Assembly: GCA_028534125.1 (NCBI GenBank)
Contig: CM052817.1
Span: forward strand, 58,840,001 to 58,904,000
DNA from: Lama glama
Taxonomy: Eukaryota
Direction of reading: 5' to 3'
DNA length: 64,000 nt
The notes below the pieces were generated by a model that was not told where the DNA came from, searched no databases, and was given only the letters and a program-made list of their open reading frames with translations. Of the stretch, positions 26,441 through 40,129 are shown piece after piece (the stretch's first letter is position 1; each line of letters begins with the position of its first letter). The position numbers and the translations under genes are program-made.

Positions 26441-27855
26441 ATGTATTGTAAAATAACTGAAGTAAGTGGTTGAGAGAAGGAGGGAAAGAGAATAAGAGGG
26501 AAAAGAAGGTAGAAAGGAAGAATTAGGTACTGTGAGATCACATTTTATTGCAATTTTCATGCAGTTCCTCAACATACTAAGCTACTACAGTAGGAAAATT
26601 AATAGGAATTGAAGCTTTTATTGTATTTAGAGGAGGCAAAAAAGCTTCCATTATTTTGCTTTCTAAATAGCAGTATTTCCAGGAATGATAGATAGACAGC
26701 CGGACTCTTACACAGCAAGCATATTTTGCAATAGGCCTGCTAAGAAAAAGATGAACCATTCTACCATTTAATTATGCATAGTGTTTATTGGGGGCTTAAA
26801 ATGAATCCCTCCTCTTTTAGTGTAGAAAGCTGTTATGATAATAGAATACAGAGGAAGTCCTTCATCAGGAGGTAAAATCCTGAACATTTCCCGGATGATC
26901 ACCAGTGCTGCAAAGGAAGCTGCTGCTTTTTATCAGCTTACTTATACTGGGGCCCCAAGATGTGCCAGGGGCAATGCAGTAGACAAAGAACTTTCTATCA
27001 ACATATCCTATACATACGACTTCAGTTTTAAACAGTATCTTTTAGACTGGTTTCACCAAGGGACAGTCATTACTAAAAAAGAATGCTTTACATTGTATTT
27101 TTATTCATGGTCTTGGGATTTAGCACAAAGTGCATTGGTACCACCTTTGAAGACTTAGATATAAATATTGATAGATATTTGGCTAGGCACTATTTAATCC
27201 ATTACTGGCACAAGCAACATAAAAAAGAATTTAAAATAAAATAATTGAGAAAAAAAGGTGGGCACGTATTAATCATTGAACAAGGATATGCCTGACCAAT
27301 GGATTTGTATTTTCTTTTGACATAATTGAAATGCAACATGTATACTTTGTGTGTCTCCTCTTAATTTAAGGGCAGGTTAGAGGGATGTTTTCTCATCGTG
27401 TGTATAACTCTATATTGCCTAGGATATTAAAGTAGAGTACTCAACTGTGAGTTTCTGTGTACTGAGGATGTGTTTGGATTTCAAATTAGTGTCTTTTTCT
27501 TACATATATTATTGTATGTAACTGGCTGTTACAGACTTACAACAGCATAGTAAATGTTATTTCTGAAAATTAAAGACCATTATTGCTACCAAATCAATGT
27601 GATTGATGCATATGCAGTTTGCTTTTGTTAATTTTAAACATCATTTTAGTATCACTACTGATCAGCTATCTACCTTCATTTCATTTTCTTTTGAGTGGCA
27701 TGTTCTCTTAATTTTGTATATAACCTGTTGTCTAAATTTTATGTACAGCCCTTATTATAAACCATTTTCCTAGAAAAAAATGGGTCATACATTCATCTAC
27801 ATTCAGATCTTCTTTGTTAAATGAATTCTCTTTCACTTCAAAAATTTTGCATTAG

Positions 27856-27911
27856 TACTAATTATTAGTTATTTCTTGCCAACAGTAACATTTTCGTTTT
27901 TTTTCTTTCAG
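27856..27911 (+). promoter_or_regulatory. 3' splice region of the CCSER1 exon: branch-point candidates (TACTAAT 27856-27862; GTAAC 27885-27889), polypyrimidine tract and AG
   Basis: Motifs read directly. TACTAAT is close to the TACTAAC consensus. Confidence 0.6.
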
Positions 27912-27956
27912 GGTTTGAACCTGAAAAGACTGGAGGCAGTACAAGGCGGGAGAGAG
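27912..27956 (+). CDS. CCSER1: Internal coding exon (45 nt, phase 0/0) of CCSER1 (FAM190A), peptide GLNLKRLEAVQGGRE
   Basis: Polypyrimidine tract ttttcgttttttttctttcAG (AG 27910-27911), open 15-codon frame, and donor GAG|GTAAGA at 27957. The peptide matches my recollection of human CCSER1 (GLNLKRLETVQGGRE, a 45-nt penultimate exon flanked by huge introns). Gene identity is recalled, not searched. Confidence 0.88.
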
Positions 27957-30900
27957 GTAAGAAAGTCTAAGGGAGAGGGATGGGGAAGAAAAGAAAATGG
28001 ATACAATGTCGCAGTGATTTGGTTGGTGATGTTGACTGATGCTGATGGTGTTAATACTATGGGGAGGTGTTAAAAGGAATTTTGATAACATACTTTCTAT
28101 TCACTCTGGCCAAGCCACATTTTGCCCATGTTTATGCAAACATATTATTTGTGCTTGCTTCTCTGAAACTGAAGAAAATATCATGTCTATTGTTAGGCAA
28201 AAGTTGTTTTTGTTAAAATGGATTTTATAACAGTTGGGTGCTCTAGAGTGGACATTTCCTTTTTAAGCAAATACAACATGCAATGTTTTAAAATAATTTA
28301 CTGAGAAATTAGCATAATTCTAACAACGGAACATTTTATGGCATCTGGGATTCTTCACTATCCTGTCTGAAGCTACTGTCATATGCGATGTGGTGGGCAT
28401 ATGTTATTAGGTGGTGTGAAGGTAAGACGAGTGATCCTAAAACTTTCTTGAATTATCGTCTATCCTGAATGTTTTTTCAAGAAGGCAGACTTTCAGTAGC
28501 ACCAAACATAATACTGTATTGTATACATGATGCATATTATTGTTTTCTCATTCTAATGTGCAGACTTAACCTCACCTTGGTTAAAATTCTTTCCAGGCTA
28601 AATGTGTAAATGTTAATGACTCTGGTTGTTGGGTGTAGGGAGATGGTGGAATATTTAAATCAGTAAAACAGTATTTTCTTGTTGCCCAAAAGTTAATTTT
28701 AATTTTGGTGATATTTATATAATAATTTTTCAGCTAAAGTGCAATACTTTGCCTTATAAAATAAGATGGTAAGTCTTACCCTCCTCCCTATCTGTAGCTT
28801 CTTTCTGTAAAAATATATTTCTTCTTAATTAACTGTGTAGTATCTGCCCCTTCTTTCCTTGCTCTTTTAATTTCCAGTTGTGTATATTTAGTATTTGACA
28901 TTTTAGTTCCTAATCAACTTGTCATTTAGGGTCTCTTTCCATTTATTTGCTGTTTTCCATCTGAAAATATCTATTCCTTTTGAGGGACACATAGTAGTAG
29001 GCTTACATTGGCAAAAGAGCTGGAAAAGGTGAAATATAGGTAAATCTTTAGATATTTTTCATGCTGTAGGAGAGCAAGGTAGAAAGGACATGGTCATCAG
29101 TTTAGGCTGAGTGGGAAAAAATATGGAGCATGTAAGGAAGACCTCAGAGCCATTTATAGGTTTGTGAGAGTAACTACTTTCACTTAGATGGACCAGAATG
29201 GATCTACGTAGAGAAAGAACCTAACTCATCACCTCCTAAGTGGAAGTTCACACCCAGGCAGAACTGCCACAGTCTATTTCTGTTGATTCTTTGCTTTTGA
29301 GGACTTGCAGTTTGGATTGTATCACTCAGCTTCTCACTGCTGTATCCTAATCCAAGAGCAATTGTGTGTCCAAAGAAGGGAAACGTTAAGTCTGTGTACC
29401 TGTGAAGTGGCACTGCTAAATGGTGGCAAAATTCATTTTTTAAATTAAGATTCTGTAGTTTTTCACAGTGTTTTTAAAAGCCTAATGACTGGTTTTTATT
29501 AAAAAGAGTTGCTATTAAATTTTATTGCTTATATTTTTTCCTTTGCTCTGCTTTTGTTTTTATTACAAGTTCACTATGGGTGCAAATTTTTAATGACCTA
29601 CAGTTTTACATACACATTTACATAGAGGGGACAACCTTGATTTGGACCTTCTTCCTGAGGTTAATGGAATAATTGTGAAGGAGGTAAGATGGTCAAATTA
29701 ATGACAGTCCAGTAAGGCCTGCACTTGAGAACCCGCAATCCAGGAATAGAAAGTGAAAGTCGACTACTAAAATTCAAAACAACCACTTCACTTCCTATCT
29801 GGGCAACACTGCGTTACTTGGGCACACTTCTAGCCAGCCTAACACTCACCTTAATTTTCTTCATGATTATAAAGTTTAATATATTCTATGGGAAGAAACT
29901 TCAGTGAGGTGCCAGACAGTTAGGTGAAATGTGTTGTGAACACTATTCTGTCGAGTCTCAGTGGTAAGTGATCTGTAAACAAGAGTACAATTACTTAATA
30001 AGAGCTTCCTAATCTCTCTTGCTTATGAAATGTGACAGAAATCTTTCTGATTTCTATTTGTTGTGTTCCTTCTGTGCACTACAAAGGTGTATAATTTTAC
30101 TTCTGATTACATTAAATTGGAATGTGTGGATTTTGAAAACTCTTAAAAAATGTTCTCTTAGAATTTTTCATCCTACTGGTATTGTGATTGATGAAGACTT
30201 AATGACAATGATTACTTTTTCAGATAAATTAATTTGCCTTAGTTCAAATGACAGATGTTCCCAGTAGGTATTGATGGATGTGATACTAAGGGCCTGTTAC
30301 CAAATATTTATAAGAAAGTTTAAGATGTGTCATTTAAAATGTTCTATTTACCTATTTGAGATAATGACAATGGTTAGAGTATGCATGGAAAATTGAAGCA
30401 GGCAGTAATATGCTATTTAGCTAAGTGGTAAGTATTATTAAAAAGCTAATTGCTAGACAGGAAGGCCAGGTTTGAACACTGCATGCTGTATAAAAATATA
30501 AATTAAGAAGTGATTAAAATATAAATTACTTTTCTGAAGAAAATAGAGGTAAACAGCTCCTAAATTGCTTGTGAAATATTTGAAAATAGGTATTAGTTGT
30601 ATTTAAAAAAACCCAGTTACATTAACTTTTTTTGTATATTTATACATGCTTACTGTGCATATAGATTGAGAGCGCTGATCTTAATAGATAATAACAAGGT
30701 TGTTTAAAAAAGGGAGATCAGTGGAATACTGTGTAAACTGTGATTATATAACTGTATTCCTATCTGATTGTAAGTGAACTTCCTGCCTCTAGTGGGACCT
30801 TGTAACTCATAGAAAAACCTCAGTGAAATTTCACTGGGTATGACACATAGATAAGTGATTAGATTCCTTTTCTTAAGGAATTTTTGTTCTATGCAGTGCT

Positions 30901-33239
30901 TTTATTGTTAAATGTGGATAAAACCAGTTTCTTTCATTTTTCTTAAAAAATTGTATACTTTTGTTATTTTAAATAGTATCATATTTTCCAAAGTATAGTC
31001 TTTGTTAACTTACTAAAGATTCAGCTGTGTGTGCATGTGTACTTGTGTATGTGTGTACATGTGTGTTTGTGTACACATAAATTCTGAATGGCAAGATGTC
31101 TTTATTTCTACCCTACCTCCAAAGTACTCGACCATCCATATTCTGGATATCTGATATCACAGATATGAACACACTAGATATAGGACTTTTTATCATGGGT
31201 GAAGAAAACTAATTATTATGATTAGATGTCTAAATCAGGATTTAACATTAAATTTCAGAAATTATACTGACTGTAGCGAGCTCAGGTGAGAGACAATGGT
31301 GATTAGAACTTTTGGCTTGTGACTGTGTTGGTGGAAGTCAGAGATTACAGAACCACTGATGGGATGGAAATGATATGCAGGTGTGTAATGATCAGGAGTC
31401 ACTTTTACATAATTTACAGGGCTCAGAGCTCCCAAAATGATGAACAAAGTAAGTAGAGATCATGCTGCCTTCTTCACCTACAATTCTGAAGATTAATACT
31501 GGTACACTTGAACACTTTAAATAGTTTTATATCCTTATAAGACATATCAAAAATATTTCTTAAACTTCTGAGAGAAAATGAATATTTTTAATAATTTCTG
31601 GAAGCATTCCTTTGAAATACGACCAAAAATCATTATAGACATATTCATTCCTTTACAGGAAAGTCCATGGTTATAGTTTGGAAAATTTTCAGTTGATTAT
31701 ATTTGACCATGCAAATGATACTTTTAAAATCCTAATTTTGCTGGGGAATTGCAAGTACAAATAAATAAATTCTGATAGACATATGGTTAGGAAAGAGTAG
31801 ACATTTCAAATTATTGAAATAGTGGATTTTCAAATGTGTCATTCTCAAGAAAATCATGGGCATGCCTTACAGCCTGTCTGTTCTGTGATCTAGAATGCTT
31901 CACTGTCTTACTTTGTTGGACTACAGTGTTTCCAATCTTCTTTGCCAGAAACAATAAATAGGAAATTATAGCTTATTATGAGCTTCTAATACTTAAAAAA
32001 CATAATTAATAAAGAGATACTTGTAAAAGGTAGATTGAAAATAAAATGTTTAGTTAAATCCTGTTTCCCCAAGCCTACTTTATATGTTTTAATCATTTAA
32101 AATAATAATTGAAGATTTTCTATTTATGTTAAGTGTCACTTGAGCACATATTATTCCTAGAGAAAGTGATTATTTGGTTCTGACAAATAGATTTTATGCC
32201 TTTGCTAGTATGATTGGATAGACTTTTCATTGTTTATCCCATGACAAATTACATATTTCTACTTGAAGTTGAAAGTTGTTTGAAAAGTTGAGCCATAAAA
32301 GGGAGAAAATTCAAAGGATGAAATCGATGATACTCTGTATTTCAGAATAACTTGTCTACCTGGAATATTAGCACAGGCATTATTGTAAGTGGAACAAAAT
32401 AAAAATCACCTTTGATTTCTCTGTCCATTTATAACTGAATTAGTATTATGCAGATTATTTTAGATCTAGGGTATTGCTTAAGTTATGAAAACTCCCTGTT
32501 ATTTCTCCCGGATCCAGCAGACAACTAGAGAGAATTGCTTTCCAAAGAGAGAAAATAAGAAAAATATGAGTTGTAAGAATAGAACTAAAATTGAAGAAAG
32601 GGTGCTGTTCTTGGAAATATGAGTTAACAAAATGTGTTGAAGTGACATTGTTTTCTTAAAATCTAATATTTTATATCATTCAAAATTACAAAAGATAGCT
32701 ATATTTCTTTTATAGCTTTGTGAATCAATTAAAAATCTTCACTAAGAAGCAAATTATGATTACCAATTATCTTTAGTGCTTTTTCTGCAAAACTACTTCC
32801 ATTTGCATGTTTCATTTATTGTTCAACATTCAGAATACACTGTTTCCATTTTTGTTCAAATTTAGCTATCCCATTCTCAGTTGATATAGAGTTCTGTAGA
32901 ATAAGAAATTCTTTTATAACCTCAGTGATGACACAATTTGGGGGAGAAATATATATTGGCTAATATGATATTCTTCTTTGAGATATAAAAGCTGAGACAA
33001 AGGTAACTCTTCCTTTATAACTAGAATTATTCAATGCTTCAGTGGCTATGGTTTGCCACTAAGATGTACCTGATTTACAGTTCAGTTCTGAGATCAAGAG
33101 ATTTTTAAGGACTCAGTAAAAAAAAATAAAATATCCCTACTTTTTTCATTTCTCGGAATTGACAGACAGTAAAGGAACTCAAAGATCTTTGTGCTTATAA
33201 ATCAATATTAAGTGAATGAATTACACTTTACAAGACTGT

Positions 33240-33380
33240 AATAATTATTCCCATTTCAAAAGGTTATTGAAAGGATAAAATGAGTTAATAATTGTAAAGC
33301 TCTTTGAGCAGTGCCTGCCACGTAGGGAGCACTCAATAAGTGGTCACAATTATTATTTCCTATTATTATTACTACTACTA
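33240..33380 (+). mobile_element. MIR 3' end
   Basis: aggttattgaaaggataaaatgagttaataattgtaaagctctttgagcagtgcctgccacgtagggagcactcaataagt. Confidence 0.8.
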
Positions 33381-34879
33381 TTTTTCATATTACTTGTCCT
33401 TCCTTTATTATTTCCTCCTGTCCGAGACAATTTGAGTGTCATCAGTGATAACCAAAGCCTAGCCTGACTCTTAAAGGATTTTATATTCTATATTGTTTCT
33501 AAGAGGACACATTCCAGATAGGACAATAAGCAAAATATACTTGAAATCTATCATTGAATCTCAAAAATTCATAGTCCCGTATTTCATATTACAGATGAAA
33601 AAAACTTTTATTTACCTTTTCAGTTATAGAAGTGAAAAAGTACAGTTTACAGAAAGTCATGCCTAAAGCCTACAGATTTTATAAGGTATTTTTCACATCC
33701 TCCATGTTTTCTGGGTGATCTTCAAGTTGGATTTTGAAGATCTCCTCTATGCTTGTAGACTATTGACATTCCAAGAAACTCTCCAAAAGAAACCTGTTGG
33801 TTAAGCAAAACTAAGCTTATCAGATCTACTTCATTAAGAAATAACATATTCTTAGTGACATTTCAAATAAGGAAAACAAAATCCAAAAGAAGTGCATATT
33901 TTTCACTTTTTAAAATCTTTCTTTTGGAAATGTTTGATTATCTAGATCAGATATTCTTGGAGTATGTACACAGTCACAGAACGATTTTTCCCAAGGGAAG
34001 CAGAAGAAAAGAGTGAGCAAAAAGTAGAGAAGTGAGAGGGAGCCTGCTTTGGACAGACATGAAACCAACACTATGGAAGAACAAAAGAAGCCTTCGATGT
34101 GGGAAACTCATTACGCACACATGTATACCGAGAGCTACAGAAAAGAATATTTACAGCAGGTTTAAACAATAATTTGAACCCTAGTGAATTCTGTCAAACA
34201 GCAGTCTGACAGATATGTTCCCCAAAATGAACTCGGCAATTTCATATTGTTTGGAATGGAATTAAGCCAATTAGAGATATAAGCACATGAATTAAAATAT
34301 AAAATAGTCAGGAATTTGACCTAGAAGGCCAAATAAATGGAGACGACCACATGAAAATACTGCTTGAGCAACCTCCTGTCTTAAAAACCTGACGTTAAAC
34401 AAGTGAGGGGCTTAACGGACCCTCTAATAACTCCAAGCGAAATGAAACTAATTGGAATCAACAAAGACTGAGGCCACTCTTTATAGAATTTTGAAACAAT
34501 ACTCAAGGTAAAGTTTGTCTAAAGGAAATCAGCCTAACAAGGTCTTCTGAACTCAGGAGTGCTTAGACTTAGACCCTTTTGTTACTGACTAACATTGGAG
34601 AGTCATGCAAACAGACCAATAACAGTGTTCTGAGTAATAAGAACAGGTGTTTTCATCTAGGATAAGAGTTTTCAAATTTGATTGGGTAATTAAAAGATGA
34701 GAATATTCAAAAGATATGGTACATGCTCTGTATTACTATTTTAAAATCAGGCTAATTTCAAATTACCAGATATATTTGACCCAAAGAATTTTGGATAAGG
34801 AATCATAGATCTGTTGTAGGATATATTTCACTCTGAAACTATAAACAAAATAGGATCCAGTCTTTTCACAATAAAAAAT

Positions 34880-35120
34880 TTTAATTAACAATTGCTATAT
34901 GCTTATCATGTGCTTATCATTGTTGTAAGAATTTTACATATATTCACTTATCACAGCAAACTTTTGAAATAGCCGCTATTATCATTCCCATTTCAGAGGA
35001 GAAAAAGCAAAATCAAAAAGAGTTTAAATAACTTGTCCAAGTCTTATAATTAATATGTGGCTGAAGTCAGGATTCAAAACTAGGAAATATGACTCCAGGA
35101 TAAAACTTCAACATTATACC
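34880..35120 (-). mobile_element. MIR
   Basis: ctattatcattcccatttcagaggag..taacttgtccaag..ggctgaagtcaggattcaaaactagg..tgactccag. Confidence 0.75.
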
Positions 35121-37012
35121 ACGACTAATAAGGAGAGAAATCTCTGTTCTCTAATTCTGTAACGTTCTTCTCTCTGTAAGCCATGTAGCTTCTCTACCTT
35201 TTTTTTTTTATAACATATCCTTTGTCCCTGATGACCACCCACAAATGATGGTCTCAGTTGTCTACTTCATAGTCGGACAGTCACTTCTGATTATAGGTAG
35301 GGTGGTCTGTTTTCTCCTCACTCATCCCTATGGTTCAAATAAATATACTTTAGGAATAAGAAATATGATAAGAAAAAAATTTTTTTTCTCTTTTCTTTCC
35401 TTTTATGGTGTTCAGATGATACAAGCATCATTAAACTCATCTTTTTAGTTTACCATTGGTTCCCTGGAAGAGGTTTCTCCTGATCTGGCTGTTTACCTTG
35501 AGACAGTTGTGGTTAGGGAAGAAATACTGTTAGTAACTTCTGGAATGAAGATTGGGCTACCATTTTCACTTCCTTTTATTATTTTTTAATCAATAGAGGT
35601 TGAGTTAGGAAAATACAACATTTATCTGTCATAAGCAGTTTGTGCAGTTTTCCTAGGCTCACACCTCTTAATTAGGTCCTAAACACTTTTGCAAAATTAG
35701 CTTCTCAATTACCTCTCTCCTCCAAATCTGTTACATCTGGAGTAGAGTAGGGGGGTCTTATCTTTCACTGATTAAAAATAACATAACTTATGAAGGGAGA
35801 TAAATGTTGGCAATATGGTAAATTAAAACAGTTCTCTGTCTAGATTTACTGATCGGATGTGTATCTAGTCTTTGGATTTTTAAAACCAAATCATTGATGA
35901 TATGTGAATCCTGAACATTAGCAAGGCCTGTACTTTTGTAGGTTAAAAGGAGTGAGATCAGACAATATCCTGTATGGAAAATTCACAGTTCACTTGCTTG
36001 TCCATTTCTTTGTGGCATCGGGGGTAGATGATCACAAATAGGATCTAGATGAATATCGCATTAAATAGTTGAGAGGAAATATAAGTCTTATTTGAGTTTG
36101 TCTTCTTATTTATAAGTGTTCAAAAATGTTAAATTCAAAATGAGTAAGTTAATGATATTTAGCAATTTTAACTCCTCCTCCTATTTACAACTGCTGCCAT
36201 TGTCAAACCAAATCATGGTGTTGTCCTGTGCTTGGTTATATAAAAGTCAATTAAAAAGTAGGTTTACCTAATAGTCTAGAAGTCTGGAACTTTAGAAATT
36301 AAACACATTTGTTGAAACATGTGGCATCAATTCTAACATCCTGTGCATCCAGTAAACAACTTGTTGACCACCTTTTACCAAGCTGAAGAAATAGTTCTTT
36401 GTCCCTTTCTTGCTTCCAGTTATAGTCTATCAAAGATGTTGCTTTCCCCTCTAACAAGTTACATTTAATAATATATTAGCTCTAGTTTACCTTCTGGAAG
36501 TGAAGGTCACAAAGAAGATTGAGAGTAAGTCGTACCTTGTGCAAAAATGTCAAAAGTGTACAGAGGTCAAAAGCATCAGGGAAAGCAAATTATCTTCCAA
36601 TTTTGCCCTGAAGAAGATTCTACTTATCTTAGTGACTTTTGATGGATAAGAGAGGTGATAGCCATTTGAAAATAGTTTGAGAGTTGGCAACAAAAAAAAT
36701 GAACGTGAAAAGCATATTTAAGAACCTGGCAAGTGAAAGAAATTTAAAAGAACAATGAAGTGCTGCCTGGAGAATATGGTAACTTCAGGATTCATTTCTT
36801 GAGAATGGAGTGATTCATAGGTGTTTTTGTGTAGCACTCAGACAATTTGAGGTCAAAGAAAACTGCAAATGATTTAGGCATTATTGGAGCCAATGACTTC
36901 AATAGGATCATAAAGTAATTTGTAAGAATTTTATATTATGTTTTGCAGACAGAGACATCTATGGCACAGAAATTCATCAAATTCCCCCTAAATGAGAAAT
37001 GCCTATATAGTA

Positions 37013-37305
37013 AGAGGCAGTGTAGCTAGCACAGCAGGATTTTTAGAGAGCACATATTTTAGAGCTTTCAATACCAGTTCTGCTCTTTGCTCAGCAACGT
37101 GATGTTGAGCAACTTGCATATCCTATCTGTACCTCAGTCTCTTCATTTTAAAGTTAAAATCCGTAGCTGTACCTTACCTGATAGGATTGTTATGACTAGA
37201 GAAAATGAGATTGCATATGAAAAATAATGATCTCAATGTCAGGTGCCAATAAAAATACCTAATATGAAAGTTTTAAATACTTTTACTGTTTGTTATTACT
37301 GTTAC
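37013..37305 (+). mobile_element. MIR (near full length)
   Basis: gaggcagtgtagc..ttcaataccagttctgc..tctgtacctcagtctcttcatt..ccttacctgataggattgttatga. Confidence 0.75.
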
Positions 37306-37479
37306 CTTAAATTAATAAAGACTGTGGACATTCTACTGTGAGTGTCAAGCCACTTACTCAGCAACACATCTCAGACTGAGTGTTGCCTAGTCAAGGAAGA
37401 ATTCCCCAGGGATCCCTACTTGCAAAAATAGGACTTGAGGCTTGGTTCTATCATGTTATTATGTTTATCATTTGTATTG

Positions 37480-37622
37480 TGAATCCGTTTGTTTGTGTCT
37501 CCACCAGTCTGTCACTTAGACTGAGATCCTGGAGAACAGGGTCTTATTCTGTTTACAGCCATAAAAGCTAGAATAGTTCCTGATATATAGTAAGCACCCA
37601 ACAAATGTCCATAGAGTTGAAT
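37480..37622 (+). mobile_element. L2 3' end
   Basis: tagactgagatcctggagaacagggtctt..gctagaatagttcctgatatatagtaagcacccaacaaatgt. Confidence 0.7.
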
Positions 37623-39019
37623 CTTACTCCTCCTTAGGATCAGTACAGAACATTCATCCATTTTGCCTTTCATATGTTTAATTAATATATTTTGGTGTCA
37701 TTTATAATGAAATATTCAAGTTAATAAGCATATGTAGTTTAATATATTCTCATTATAGCCCACTTAAAGAGATAGCTGCTGATAATGGTTTTTCACATTT
37801 CAGGTGAATTGGAGTTAAAAAATCTGAAATACTGAGAAAAATATTTATAAAGCCTCAATTGTGTTGTGGGAAAAAAGTGTAATATAATTGAATCTTTTTT
37901 TAAAATTTGCCAATGTTCATAATGTCAAAGCTCGTGATCTGTCTGAGTGAATTTTAAACTTATATGTTGGGGCTAATTAAGCTCGTTGCATTACCCATTA
38001 CCCTTTGTCATGATTAAATTATGCAAGGTCTCCAGACACTTTCATGTTCCTCTCATAAGACCACCCTAAAATGTCGTTCCCTCTTGGAAAGATAAAGGCT
38101 GATCCAGGTATGGAGAGGGTTAACTGATTGCCCAAAGTTAAACAGTGTGTGTAAATTCAGTGTATAGACTTGGAATTGATAAAGTTAAATGGTATTTAAA
38201 CTGATCTGTGATAATTAAGGAAAGATGCTCTTTAAAATGATACATGAAATGATACATGAATCTGAGGGCCAAAAGACTGAACATTTGCATATAGAAAATA
38301 TTAGTCATATGGCAATAAAACTAATTCACAGAACAAGTATTTTTTAATAATTTCTAGAAATGTGATAAGAGATGAAAAAAGGAGGTAAGAATTTGAATTT
38401 TAAAAATAAAATCGAAATTATATATGTCTTTAGGAGGTCATACATTTTTAGGTATTTAGCTGAAAAAAATATCATGAATAACTCTTCCCTTTTCAACCTG
38501 ACAACAGTGCAGATATAGAGTTAATATCCTAAACTCATGAGGTAGTCTGTAATAAAAAGAAATTAAACCAACTGGGCTCTTTTCCCAGAAAATCACTGAA
38601 GCAAGAAATACCTGTATCAGGAGAGAGGAAGCGAGAAAAAAAAAAAAAAGACAATAAAACAAAAAATGGGAAGAAAACTAGCTGGCCAAATTTAATGGAA
38701 TAAGTAGAAAAGTTGTGCATTTTATAGGCAGTCAAATAAAATTTCCCCTCTGACCTACGAAGGAATACACTCAAAACATAAACCAGAGTTTTCAGTTATG
38801 AGAGGAAAATTCAAATACAATTTATTTCATGGGACTGTGGGGAAAGAACTTTATAGCTTTGCTTCTAAACCTTAAATTCCGTTTAAGTGTGTTTTTTAAA
38901 GTTATGTTCTGGTTAGCTGAGATATTCCCATTACCAACCTATTTCCAAAGCCATTTTGTGGTCTAAGTCTATGTTTATAACTCACTGAGGGATTGTTCTG
39001 TACAAATTAATGGTGAGTC

Positions 39020-40020
39020 CTGTTCTGATTTAGGGCCCATTAATTACATTATGGTGTTGCCTCAGGTCCTGATCCTCTCTCTTCACCCTTTGACACATTT
39101 TTTCCTCCATAATCTTAGCCACTCTGGTGGCTGGAACGTTGGCTACATGCTGATGTTCCTAAGTCTCCTCTGCATCCAGATCTCCTTCCAGACCTATGTG
39201 TTTATTAACTTATTGGACATTTCTACTTAAATGTTCTTTCAGTTTTGAAGATATGTACAGACAATTCATAATCGCCATGTTCTTCCCTCCCCCACACTCC
39301 AATCTCTTTTCTGTTTTATTTGATGAGATTACTTCTTAACAGTCACTCATTCCAGAAAACTTAGAATCGACCTTACTTCTTGCTCCCTATGTTCCCTGTC
39401 ATCACAGGCAGTATACAGTTTCCACTCTACTTCAGATCTATCTCAATTACCTCTCGTCCTATCTATCCCTTTTCCACTGAATGCATTTGGATCTTCATTA
39501 CCTATTAAGGAAAAAATGTATCATAACTTTTTAACGGATTCTACAACTTCTGTTCTCTCCCATCTCCAGTCCCTCCTCCATACTGTTGCCTGAGTATAAT
39601 TATGAGACTTCTTAACTAAAGAGTGTTACTGTCTTCCTGTGACACAAAGATGATGTCCTTAGTATATCAACCAAGACTTCAGCAAATAGGCTTTAATTTA
39701 TTACCGTTTTAGAAATCTCCAAATTTTTTCTTCAGCTAAACTATAGTGAGGGAATTGTAGTCATTCTTTAAGACCCAGCATCTCCTTTGGCAATTGAGTT
39801 ACCCATGCTGTAGCATATTTGGACTTTTTCTTACTGCTATTGTAGAAATAATTACATTTCTTACAGTAATTGGCCAACATTTGTCTGGTTGGCTAAAGCC
39901 AGAGCTTTTCTAGGACAGGTGTTGTGTCTTTTACATCTTTGCGATCCTCAGAACTTGATTTAAGAGCCTAGAACAGAGGGGATATTTAATAAACATTTGC
40001 AGATGGAATGAATGCATGAC
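39020..40020 (+). mobile_element. L2 (about 1 kb, degraded)
   Basis: gcctcaggtcctgatcctctctc..ttggacatttctacttaaatg..ccagtccctcctccatactgttgcc..aataaacatttgcagatggaatgaatg terminal repeat. Confidence 0.75.
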
Positions 40021-40129
40021 TTGTTAGAAATCTCTGAGAGTTTTCCAGAGTGGCCTTCTTGAGGTTGGCAGGAATTTCCACTAGATGTCACTAGCACATT
40101 TCCAATAGCGACATCTGAGGTAAAGTGAA

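Noticed and set aside
26835..27158. 107-aa ORF upstream of the CCSER1 exon
   Set aside because: No recognisable homology or bounding splice sites. The length is compatible with chance.
27876..28073. 65-aa ORF overlapping the exon
   Set aside because: Only the central 15 codons lie between splice sites. The rest is intron read-through (the FFFF is the polypyrimidine tract).
34765..34816. Tigger-like terminal sequence (ttttggataaggaatcatagatctgt)
   Set aside because: Resemblance is short and no partner terminal inverted repeat was identified.
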